Assembly: GCA_964409515.1 (NCBI GenBank)
Contig: CAYPDY010000004.1
Coordinates: forward strand, 1-40,359
Source: an uncultured Dehalococcoidia bacterium
Lineage (GTDB): Bacteria > Chloroflexota > Dehalococcoidia > UBA2247 > RBG-13-53-26
Reading direction: 5' to 3'
DNA length: 40,359 nucleotides
The position numbers and the translations under genes were made by a program. Under the pieces are notes generated by a model, which saw nothing but the letters and a program-made list of their open reading frames with translations, did not search any database and was not told the DNA's origin. Positions 33,673 to 40,359 of this stretch are shown here, piece after piece; the first letter of the stretch is position 1; each line of letters opens with the position of its first letter.

Positions 33673-33702
33673 ATTTTACCACCATGGTTTCCGGTTTCGT
33701 AA
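33673..33702 (-). promoter_or_regulatory. candidate divergent promoter for the STAS-like/redox operon
   Basis: On the minus strand, TTACGA (33702-33697), an 18-nt spacer and TGG-TAAAAT (extended -10; TAAAAT is 33678-33673). Confidence 0.4.
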
Positions 33703-33738
33703 GATGCTACGGGCAACACAAGAAGGAGAAGAGGTGGA

Positions 33739-34056
33739 ATGGTGAACGAGATCAAGGACCAGGACTTCGAGAAAGAGGTGCTCCAGTCCAGCCTCCCCGT
33801 CGTGGTCGATTTCTGGGCCCCGTGGTGCGGCCCCTGCCGCCAGATCGGGCCCATAGTAGAGAAGCTGTCCGAGGAGTACAAAGGCAAGCTGAAGTTCTGC
33901 AAACTGAACGTGGATGAGAACCATGACGTCCCGTCCAAGTATCACGTCATGAGCATACCAACGCTGATCTTCTTTAAGAAGGGGGAGCTGGCTGACCAGT
34001 CAGTGGGCGCGCTCCCCGAGAAGGCGCTGCGCTCCAAACTGCAGGACCTTCTCTAG
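33739..34056 (+). CDS. trxA: thioredoxin
   Basis: VVDFWAPWCGPCRQIGP is present. The protein is 105 aa and the SD is AAGGAGAAGAGG. Confidence 0.95.
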   Translation: MVNEIKDQDFEKEVLQSSLPVVVDFWAPWCGPCRQIGPIVEKLSEEYKGKLKFCKLNVDENHDVPSKYHVMSIPTLIFFKKGELADQSVGALPEKALRSKLQDLL

Positions 34057-34445
34057 GCCCGCGGGCCCGGCTGGAAAGGACCGGCCTGGCGATAGGGCTT
34101 CTTCCAGGGCTCGCGCTGCAGCGCGAGATGGTCCAGTATCGCCCGTCTGAGAGCAGTCACCGCCAGGGTGGCGCAGTGTGTCTCGGCCTCCGGCAAGCCA
34201 TCCAGTCCGGCTAGTATGTCGCCTTCATCCAGCGCCATGGCGGCGCTGATGGTCTTGCCCTCGACCAGATCGGTCACCATGCTGCCGCAGGCGACCACCG
34301 GCCCGCACCCGTCGGCCATGAACCTGGCTTCCAGAATCCGGCCGTCGACGACCCGGAGCCCGATCTGCATCGAGTCGCCGCAGGGGATGGTTGCCCGGCC
34401 GAGACCGTCCGGGGCCTGAAACTCGCCCATGTGGCGCACCAGCAT
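34053..34445 (-). CDS. NifU/IscU N-terminal-domain-like Fe-S scaffold protein
   Basis: CGDSMQIGLRV...ARFMADGCGPVVACGSMVTDLVEGKTI...THCATLAVTALRRAI shows the three conserved Cys in an IscU-like arrangement. Confidence 0.7.
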   Translation of the reverse strand: MLVRHMGEFQAPDGLGRATIPCGDSMQIGLRVVDGRILEARFMADGCGPVVACGSMVTDLVEGKTISAAMALDEGDILAGLDGLPEAETHCATLAVTALRRAILDHLALQREPWKKPYRQAGPFQPGPRA

Positions 34446-34448
34446 GGT

Positions 34449-35372
34449 CTACCGGCCCACGGCCGTCATCACGCCGGCGGCCTGGACGATCTGCCGGTAG
34501 CGCTCAATCTGCTCAGTCGTGGGGGCGGGAACGTCTCCCATGGTGAACTTGCGGCCCAGCTTCTCGAACTTGGACGCCCCCCAGACATGATAGGGAAGGA
34601 GGGAGATCCTGGCGGCGCCGATCTCTTTGGCAAACCGCGCCGTCTCCTTCAGGTTCTCTTCCGAGTCGTTGTAGCCCGGCACCACCGGCACCCTCACCCA
34701 CAGCCTTCGCTTCGCCGCCGCCTTTCGGGCATTCTCCAGGATCAGCTCGTTGGTCTTTCCGGTGCCTTCACGGTGTTTCTCCGGGTTCATGTGCTTGACG
34801 TCGTACAGGACCAGGTCGGTGTACGCCAGGAGCTTCTCCAGGATGCTCCACTCGGCGAAACCGGAAGTCTCGATGGCGGTGTGGAAGCCTCGTCCCTTGC
34901 AGGCCTTGAGGAGATCAACGGCGAACTCCCACTGCTGGAGCGGATCGCCGCCGGAGAGCGTGACGCCGCCGCCCGAGTTCTGGTAGAACAGCTCGTCAGC
35001 GGCCGCCTCCTGCATCACCTCATCCACGGTCATCCACTTCCCGGTGGCCGCCAGCGCCCCGGTGGGGCAGACATCCGCGCACTGCAGGCACCGGTTGCAC
35101 AGCCCGCGATCCAGCTTCCGGCCCGTGTCACTGACCACGATGGCATTCACCGGGCAGACCTGCGCGCAGCGGCCGCACCGGGTGCAGCGGAGGTCATTGG
35201 TAACGATCTCCTCGTAGGCATTCCAGGACTCCGGGTTGGAGCACCAGCGGCACCGCAGTCCGCAGCCCTTGAAGAAGACGACGGTCCTGATGCCAGGCCC
35301 GTCATGAATGCTGAAACGCTGGATGTTGAAGACCAGCCCCTGCCGGGGCGAAGGAACCTGTTGCGCGGACAT
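34449..35372 (-). CDS. glycyl-radical-enzyme activating protein (radical SAM with two extra ferredoxin-like clusters)
   Basis: FNIQRFSIHDGPGIRTVVFFKGCGLRCRWCSNPES is the rSAM CxxxCxxC context of the PflA/CutD/HpdA type. CTRCGRCAQVCP and CNRCLQCADVCP are the extra clusters. GGVTLSGGDPL is also present. Confidence 0.8.
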   Translation of the reverse strand: MSAQQVPSPRQGLVFNIQRFSIHDGPGIRTVVFFKGCGLRCRWCSNPESWNAYEEIVTNDLRCTRCGRCAQVCPVNAIVVSDTGRKLDRGLCNRCLQCADVCPTGALAATGKWMTVDEVMQEAAADELFYQNSGGGVTLSGGDPLQQWEFAVDLLKACKGRGFHTAIETSGFAEWSILEKLLAYTDLVLYDVKHMNPEKHREGTGKTNELILENARKAAAKRRLWVRVPVVPGYNDSEENLKETARFAKEIGAARISLLPYHVWGASKFEKLGRKFTMGDVPAPTTEQIERYRQIVQAAGVMTAVGR

Positions 35373-35468
35373 TCCTGTCTGGTGCCTCCTTGCGTTCAGC
35401 GGACAGGTATAGGATAGCCGAAGGCACCACCGGGTTCAAATCATGCGGTCCTGCACCCCGGGAAGCCT

Positions 35469-36695
35469 CTAGCGGCGGCCGCCCCTCGGCATCAGCAGCA
35501 CGTACCCTATCGCGCCGAACGCCAGCAGCACCATGCCTATGCCCAGCAGGAGCGTCCCGGTAGGCTCGACTTCCTTCAGGCTGTTGGGGTCCTTGTCGCC
35601 CGACAGCGCGCTGTCCATGAAAATGTAGGCCTGGTCGTAGTGCGTCCTGGCCTCCTCCAGATTGCCGGCGGCGTACTGCTGGTCGCCCAGCTGCTCTTCC
35701 ATGGCCGATTTGGCCGCCAGCTCCCGGGAGCCGGTGGTATTCAGCGTCGGGGTGCCGATGGCCACCAGCTTCTGCTTCACCGCCATGGCGGCATTCTGGT
35801 CGGCGGAGTAGACCGCGAAGTCGTCTCCGGCGGCCGTCCATCTCGCCGCATACTGGTAGTTGGCGATGATGTACTTGCCCGCCGCGGGTGCGGCGTTGAA
35901 CGTGATGGTCCCGGCATCAGGGTCCAGGGTGTAGTCGGCGGATAGTGCGCAGTCCACATACACCTGCTGGGTGCCGGGGACCACCGGCGGATGGTCCAGC
36001 TGGAACACGGTCTGGGCCCCATTGCCCGCTCCGACGAGCTCCACCTGCTGGTAGTCCACATTCACGGAGGCCCCCAGCGGAGGGGCCGTGGCGAAGGTGA
36101 TCCTGGCGCCGCCCATGCCGTAGTAGCAGTCGAGGGTGTAGGCCGTGGTCAGCTGCCCGTTCACGTAGACGTGAAGGGTCGACGGGTCCACCGGGCCGCT
36201 GTCCAGCGTCCAGACGGTACCGACCCCGCCGAGATTCTGCCTGGCGACAGGGTTCCCGACCCCGTAGCCCCCCGCCTTCGCATAGTCCACGAACACCGTA
36301 TAGCTGTGCCTCACCCGGCTGGAGATGGCCGACGCCTCCGGCACCGTGAAGCTGATGGCCACGGTGCCTCTCTCGTTGTTGGCCAGGGTCGCCGGGTAGT
36401 TGTCGGTGGCCGCGTATTCCCCGCCGGCCCAGTCGAACTCCACCTTGGCGCCCTTGATCTCGATGGTCTCCCCGGTGGTGTTCTGCAGCGATACCAGGAG
36501 AGTTGCCGTGGACCCTGCTTCATACGCCTGGATGGTGCCGCCCAGCAGCAGGTCAGATCCCTTGTAGGCCGTGTTCAACCATACCAGGGAGCCGATGGCG
36601 GCTGACGCGGGAGCGGGCGCCAGCGCTGCCGGCAGCACCAGGGCCGCGAACACCATGCCGATCACGATAAGCAGGAATGCGGACTTTCTCTTCAT
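35469..36695 (-). CDS. secreted, C-terminally membrane-anchored surface protein with an internal duplication
   Basis: The signal peptide is MKRKSAFLLIVIGMVFAALVLPAALAPAPASA. The C-terminal TM is LLLGIGMVLLAFGAIGYVLL, followed by a basic end. Two modules of about 55 aa are related (VYVNGQLTTAYTLD...ARITFATAPPLGASVNVDYQ and VYVDCALSADYTLDPDAGTITFNAAPAAGKYIIANYQ). Confidence 0.6.
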   Translation of the reverse strand: MKRKSAFLLIVIGMVFAALVLPAALAPAPASAAIGSLVWLNTAYKGSDLLLGGTIQAYEAGSTATLLVSLQNTTGETIEIKGAKVEFDWAGGEYAATDNYPATLANNERGTVAISFTVPEASAISSRVRHSYTVFVDYAKAGGYGVGNPVARQNLGGVGTVWTLDSGPVDPSTLHVYVNGQLTTAYTLDCYYGMGGARITFATAPPLGASVNVDYQQVELVGAGNGAQTVFQLDHPPVVPGTQQVYVDCALSADYTLDPDAGTITFNAAPAAGKYIIANYQYAARWTAAGDDFAVYSADQNAAMAVKQKLVAIGTPTLNTTGSRELAAKSAMEEQLGDQQYAAGNLEEARTHYDQAYIFMDSALSGDKDPNSLKEVEPTGTLLLGIGMVLLAFGAIGYVLLMPRGGRR

Positions 36696-36734
36696 ACTGA
36701 CCCCTCCTTCGATTCGGATCGGGACTGCCCCGGG

Positions 36735-37577
36735 CTAGTCCGTGACCATGACCGAGGCGTAGCCGACGACTTCAGAGTAGTCGCCGGTGATGTCCCCCGA
36801 GGTGGCATAGCGCAGCAGGCTGGCCTTCCTGGCGCCCAGCTCCTTGCCGGCGGTGATCATGGCCATAACCGGACCGGGACCGCACATGCTGATGTTCTGG
36901 CTGACCACCGTGGCCGCCACCTGGGCCGGGGCCAGCTTGAGGATGGCATCGATGGCGAGGCGGTCCTTCCGGCCGGCGGACGCCTGCGATTCGTAGTGGC
37001 TGAAGTCGGAGCTGGCGATTATCAACCCCGCTCTCCCCCTGAGGGCGGATGCGATGGCCCGGCCCAGGTCCTGGGCGATCTCCATTTCCTGCCGCAGCAT
37101 GGCGACGGGCACGATCTTGAACCCGGAGCCGTAGATGTACTGCAGGAACGGCACCTGGACCTCCAGTGAATGCTCCATGCCATGCGCCTGGTCATCCCAC
37201 TTGGCCCACTGCCCCCCGGCCACCACCGCCTCCCCCACCTCCAGGTCCACGTCCACCGCACCCAGCGGGGTCTGCCAGGGGCTCTGGCGGCCCACCGCTA
37301 CCGCGGCCCCCAGGCCGCGGTGGTTGGGGCCGACGATGACCACCACCTCGGGCATCTTCTCCGCCGCCAGCCGTGCGAAACCGTGGGCCGCCACGGGCCC
37401 GGAGTACACGTATCCCGCGTGCGGGAGGACCAGCCCCAGCGTGTGCCGCTCGGCGGACCGTACTTCGCCAGGGAGGGCGCCCGGCCCCAGTGGATGCTTG
37501 AAGCAGTCCTCTATCTGGCGCTGCAGGCCGGCGAATGAACCGGCATAGAAGGATCCGGCGACCGCGGGCTTCCTCAT
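36735..37577 (-). CDS. MEMO1-family protein (AmmeMemoRadiSam system protein B)
   Basis: It starts MRKPAVAGSFYAGSFAGLQRQIEDCF and contains VLPHAGYVYSGPVAAHGF, VVIVGPNH and SSDFSHYES. The start is trimmed from the track ORF end at 37625. Confidence 0.8.
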   Translation of the reverse strand: MRKPAVAGSFYAGSFAGLQRQIEDCFKHPLGPGALPGEVRSAERHTLGLVLPHAGYVYSGPVAAHGFARLAAEKMPEVVVIVGPNHRGLGAAVAVGRQSPWQTPLGAVDVDLEVGEAVVAGGQWAKWDDQAHGMEHSLEVQVPFLQYIYGSGFKIVPVAMLRQEMEIAQDLGRAIASALRGRAGLIIASSDFSHYESQASAGRKDRLAIDAILKLAPAQVAATVVSQNISMCGPGPVMAMITAGKELGARKASLLRYATSGDITGDYSEVVGYASVMVTD

Positions 37578-37595
37578 CTCTCTCCTATAAGCTCG

Positions 37596-37601
37596 ATTAT
37601 A
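37596..37601 (-). promoter_or_regulatory. candidate -10 (TATAAT) in front of the MEMO gene
   Basis: The minus strand reads TATAAT 18 nt upstream of the ATG, with GGAGAG between them. No good -35 was found. Confidence 0.3.
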
Positions 37602-37685
37602 GCCCGGAAGTCCAGCCCCCGGCATTGGCTGCCGCGGGGACCGAACAAAGGGCCGCGTCCGGCGGCCGGCCCGATGGGCGGCCGG

Positions 37686-38318
37686 CTAGGCCCGGAGGCG
37701 GTCCAGCCTCTCCGTCAGGTCCCTCTGCCTGATGGCCATGGTCAGATCGCCCCTGGTCTTCTCCAGAATGCCCCGCAGCACGTCGGTCGCCCTTCTCAGG
37801 CCGAACGTTAGGGCATCCGGGAAGTCCATCGTCACCAGAATGCCGTAGATGTCGTCCATGTAGGAGAGCAGCTCCTCGCAGCCCGCGGTGTCATTCTTCC
37901 TCAGGGTATCCAGGAGGTGCCGCCGCATCTCCCCCACGGCCTCCGCCAGCCCGTGAAGGTAGGCGGGGTACGCCACTCCCAGCTCCTCAGGGGTGGGAAG
38001 AGGGTTGTTGAGCACCAGCGCCAGCGTTATGGAGCCCTCTGCGTACTCCTTCTGGGCATCATGGATGAACCCCGCGTGCTTCATCTCCAGGTGGTCCGCC
38101 ACGGACGCTCTGGCTTCCTCCACCAGCTGCCGCGCCGCGGCCAGCGACTCCCGGGCAGAGTCGAACTCGCCGCGATGGATGGCCCGGATGGAATTGGCGC
38201 TGTGCCGAATGACCTCGCGGCCCATCCGCAAAGCCTTCTCCCGGGCGGCATCCTCCGCCGCGAAACTGGCTCGAATCCTCTGCGCCGTCGCTTCCAGGTT
38301 AGAGGTGGCTCTCTCCAT
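37686..38318 (-). CDS. translin-family-like helical protein
   Basis: The 210-aa all-helical sequence shows the pattern REKALRMGREVIRHSANSIRAIHRGEF...AGFIHDAQKEYAEG...YLHGLAEAVGEMRR...MDDIYGILVTMDFPDALT..LRR..DVLRGILEKTRGDL, which I recall from archaeal and bacterial translin homologues. Confidence 0.5.
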   Translation of the reverse strand: MERATSNLEATAQRIRASFAAEDAAREKALRMGREVIRHSANSIRAIHRGEFDSARESLAAARQLVEEARASVADHLEMKHAGFIHDAQKEYAEGSITLALVLNNPLPTPEELGVAYPAYLHGLAEAVGEMRRHLLDTLRKNDTAGCEELLSYMDDIYGILVTMDFPDALTFGLRRATDVLRGILEKTRGDLTMAIRQRDLTERLDRLRA

Positions 38319-38339
38319 ATCTCACACTCCAATACCAGA

Positions 38340-39413
38340 TTATTCCTTCGTTCTTGAGGCGAGCCTCCTGGCCGCCCTTTCCACGTCACCCGCGCCCAGG
38401 ACCGCGCTGATGACCGCCACGGCATCGGCCCCGGCCTTGATGACTTCCCGGACATTGGTGTCGTTGATGCCGCCGATGGCTACCAGCGGCACGGATACCC
38501 TGGACCGCGTCCGCAGCAGGGTTTCCAGTCCCACCAGCCTGTACCTCTCCTTGGACGTGGTGGGGTAGATCGATCCCAGGGCCACGTAGTCGGCGCCGGC
38601 GGCCTGGGCCCGGACCGCCTCGGCCGTGCTGTGGGTGGAGCAGCCGATCAGCATATCAAGGGGAAGTATGCGCCGCGCCTCCGCCGGAGGCAAGTCATCC
38701 TGCCCCAGGTGAAGTCCATCGGCGCGCACTGCCAGGGCAATATCGAGATGATCGTTCACCACAAACAGAACGCCTTTCTCGGCGCAGAGGGACCGCAGCT
38801 TCCGGGCCGCGGCCAGCACGTCGGCCTTGCCCCGGTGCTTGTCCCTCAGTTGGATGATCCTGGCCCCGCCGCGAACAGCGGCGGCCGCCACGTCCACCTC
38901 ATCGCGCCCCCCGAGCGCCGTGGTGTCCAGAACCAGGTACAGGCCGTTCAACCGGCCGGCCTTGTCGTGCCGGCGCACCCGGCCCGCCAGGTGCTGCTCC
39001 AGGTCGTAGATCTCGAAACGGGCCTTCTCGAATCGGCCCGCCTGGCCGGCCAGCGGTCCACCGGAGAGGCGGCTGAACTCCTCCAGGACGCGCAGGGACT
39101 CCTGGGCCCTCCGCGAGTTGGCCAGCACCAGGGCCGTCAGGTCACCATGCGGCTCGGCCGGGCGCTTCGCTGCCGGAGCGCCCGTGCGCCCCACCGGAGC
39201 GCCTGTGCGCACCGGTGCGCCTACGTCCTCCGCCACGCGGCGGGCCGAGAGGAGATCCTGTTCCAGGGGGCCAAGGGTCTTCACCAGGTCGTGCCGCAGG
39301 GTCTTCAGCCGCCGGGAGCACGGGGCGTCATTGAGCAGAAAGCGGGAAACGTCTTCCAGGACCCGAAGTCCTTCCCCGAGGCGGTCCAGGTTGGCATCGA
39401 CAACTCGCAGCAC
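38340..39413 (-). CDS. thiE: thiamine-phosphate synthase with an N-terminal extension domain
   Basis: The C-terminal 210 aa are canonical ThiE (GLYLVLD...GGARIIQLRDK...VNDHLDIALAVRADGLHLGQDD...IGCSTHS...GADYVALGSIYPTTSK...VAIGGI). The N-terminal part of about 130 aa (MLRVVDANLDRLGEGLRVLEDVSRF) is joined through a GAPV-repeat linker. The GTG start shares 1 nt with the upstream stop. Confidence 0.85.
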   Translation of the reverse strand: MLRVVDANLDRLGEGLRVLEDVSRFLLNDAPCSRRLKTLRHDLVKTLGPLEQDLLSARRVAEDVGAPVRTGAPVGRTGAPAAKRPAEPHGDLTALVLANSRRAQESLRVLEEFSRLSGGPLAGQAGRFEKARFEIYDLEQHLAGRVRRHDKAGRLNGLYLVLDTTALGGRDEVDVAAAAVRGGARIIQLRDKHRGKADVLAAARKLRSLCAEKGVLFVVNDHLDIALAVRADGLHLGQDDLPPAEARRILPLDMLIGCSTHSTAEAVRAQAAGADYVALGSIYPTTSKERYRLVGLETLLRTRSRVSVPLVAIGGINDTNVREVIKAGADAVAVISAVLGAGDVERAARRLASRTKE

Positions 39414-39775
39414 TAGACCTCGGTCAGGCCAGGCTGCAGGTCCTTCACCGATTCAGGCATCTGTCCGTCGCGCGCCGCCTCTATCATGCCCTGAACCTCT
39501 GAAGGCATCTCCATGCCCAGGTCCTGGAATTTCTTCTCGGTCCACCGGCCGATGTTGCGCGGGTCGTTGTAGTAGCCCTCGCCGGGCTGGTACGGATCGC
39601 CTGATTCCTCGTGGATGGTGGCCAGCGACTTATGGTAGGCAAAGCTGGAGAAGACCCGGCTCATCTCGCGGCTGCCGCAGAAAGAACAAGCGGGCGACAG
39701 CGGATCGTTGAAGCCCTTCACGAAGAAGCTGGACTTCTTCTGGCACGAAGAGCAGCGGTACTCGTAGACCGGCAT
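39413..39775 (-). CDS. FmdB-family zinc-ribbon protein with a C-terminal extension
   Basis: The sequence is MPVYEYRCSSCQKKSSFFVKGFNDPLSPACSFCGS (CxxC...CxxC). Confidence 0.75.
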   Translation of the reverse strand: MPVYEYRCSSCQKKSSFFVKGFNDPLSPACSFCGSREMSRVFSSFAYHKSLATIHEESGDPYQPGEGYYNDPRNIGRWTEKKFQDLGMEMPSEVQGMIEAARDGQMPESVKDLQPGLTEV

Positions 39776-39781
39776 GGTGGC

Positions 39782-40204
39782 CTAGTCCTCTCCTCCGGAG
39801 GCGGACTCGGCGCCGGCGCCGGCCGCTGGCTCCTCTCCACCCATGATCCTCTTCTGCATCTCCGGCACCACGCTTTCGTAGCTTTCGCCGCGTTCCAGCC
39901 GCTCCACCATCTCCTGGTATTCCGGCTGCTTCTCACCCTCGGTGCCCCCCATCCTCCGCGACCACTCCACCATGGCAGTAGGATCATTGTGCATCATCCG
40001 ATTGACCAGGACGGGGTCGTCCAGGATATCGCCGTAGACATCCTGGTCCGTCCTCACCGTGGCGAACGTCGAGAACAGGCGAGTCAGGTCCTTACCACCA
40101 CAGAAACCGCAGGTCACGTCCCCGGCTCCCGAGAAACCCCTCACCAGCACGGACACCTTTCGCCCACACTTCTTGTTCTGACAACGGTACTCATAGACGG
40201 GCAT
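39782..40204 (-). CDS. FmdB-family zinc-ribbon protein (tandem paralog)
   Basis: It starts MPVYEYRCQNKKCGRKVSVLVRGFSGAGDVTCGFCGG. The start is trimmed from the track ORF end at 40243. The SD is GGGAGGATAGC. Confidence 0.75.
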   Translation of the reverse strand: MPVYEYRCQNKKCGRKVSVLVRGFSGAGDVTCGFCGGKDLTRLFSTFATVRTDQDVYGDILDDPVLVNRMMHNDPTAMVEWSRRMGGTEGEKQPEYQEMVERLERGESYESVVPEMQKRIMGGEEPAAGAGAESASGGED

Positions 40205-40259
40205 GCTATCCTCCCAAGCCAAAGAGGGCCGCCACTTTGCCATCGGCCCTAACTTAATG

Positions 40260-40288
40260 ATTTTAGCACAGGCGACGCAAGCGGTAAA
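40260..40288 (-). promoter_or_regulatory. candidate promoter of the fmdB-thiE-translin run
   Basis: On the minus strand, TTTACC (40288-40283), a 17-nt spacer and TGC-TAAAAT (extended -10; TAAAAT is 40265-40260). Confidence 0.45.
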
Positions 40289-40359
40289 CGCGGACGCTCA
40301 GCCCGCAGCGGTTCCGCAACTTCGCCGGGCGGGGTAGGGAAAGGGGGCCGGATCAGCTT

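Noticed and set aside
34053-34056. Convergent trxA and NifU-like genes sharing a CTAG, so that both stop codons overlap.
   Set aside because: This is real but trivial. The last roughly 20 aa of the NifU-like ORF may be a non-conserved tail, and no regulatory meaning can be supported.
35380-35460. A tRNA-like string GGGTTCAAATC (35431-35441) in the gap between the surface-protein gene and the activase gene.
   Set aside because: The flanking bases do not form a T-stem (CCGGG versus CATGC). No acceptor, D or anticodon arms can be drawn, so it is not a tRNA or tRNA remnant that I can support.
34449-37577. The idea that the radical SAM gene (34449-35372) is the AmrS partner of the MEMO/AmrB gene (36735-37577), giving a split AmmeMemoRadiSam system.
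   Set aside because: The radical SAM protein has the GRE-activase N-terminus and the twin ferredoxin insert rather than the AmrS pattern. No AMMECR1 gene is present, and an unrelated surface-protein gene separates the two.
39172-39224. An imperfect tandem repeat of about 18 nt (ccggagcgcc[c/t]gtgcgc...).
   Set aside because: It lies inside thiE and encodes the GAPVRTGAPVGRTGAPAA linker between the N-terminal domain and the ThiE domain. It is a coding low-complexity repeat, not a CRISPR or regulatory array.

Overview
This is a GC-rich, densely coding bacterial chromosomal window with about 50 genes. I saw no rRNA or tRNA genes, CRISPR arrays, transposases or integrases. All calls rest on motifs I recognised in the translated ORFs and on hand inspection of intergenic DNA; no searches were run.

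Gene order:
- 253-7626 (+): a catabolic-looking operon with two family-III CoA-transferases, a GMC-type flavoprotein, a GlcD-like FAD oxidase, a GlcF/HdrD-like Fe-S (CCG) subunit and a SnoaL/NTF2-fold protein.
- 7791-8495 (+): a peroxiredoxin interrupted by an in-frame TGA exactly at the peroxidatic Cys, read here as a selenoprotein with a SECIS-like hairpin.
- 8742-10716 (+): a DUF2089 / membrane / SHOCT-like / DUF4389 / mini-membrane-protein module.
- 10833-15878 (+): TIGR00725 (LOG-like) protein, enolase, MBL hydrolase, a 2-hydroxyacyl-CoA-dehydratase-family protein, a 31-aa bS22-like basic peptide and GAPDH.
- 16021-24602 (+): a translationally coupled four-gene block in which an ABC-2 exporter (ATPase plus permease) is flanked by two paralogous membrane-anchored FG-GAP/PQQ-like beta-propeller proteins of about 1100 aa.
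- 24637-28560 (-): zur-znuA-znuC-znuB followed by a 4Fe-4S protein.
- 28765-29823 (+): a hypothetical gene plus higBA.
- 29841-33558 (-): an MTH1187-like protein, then a seven-gene redox cluster. The cluster holds three tandem STAS-like paralogs, a NuoG-N-terminal-like Fe-S protein, a thioredoxin-fold lipoprotein with TGA in its redox motif (T-U-P-A-C), an unannotated 47-aa CxxC membrane peptide and a NapH-like membrane polyferredoxin. It is transcribed divergently from trxA.
- 34053-40204 (-): NifU-like protein, an orphan glycyl-radical-enzyme activase, a surface protein with an internal duplication, MEMO/AmrB, a translin-like protein, a ThiE fusion and two FmdB zinc-ribbon paralogs.

The most interesting candidates are the Sec-containing membrane redox cluster (30207-33558) and the giant-propeller/ABC-2 cassette (16021-24602). 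Gene content (two Sec proteins, a bacterial translin, a bS22-like peptide, many CaiB-type transferases) suggests an anaerobic Chloroflexota-like organism, but that is only inference.
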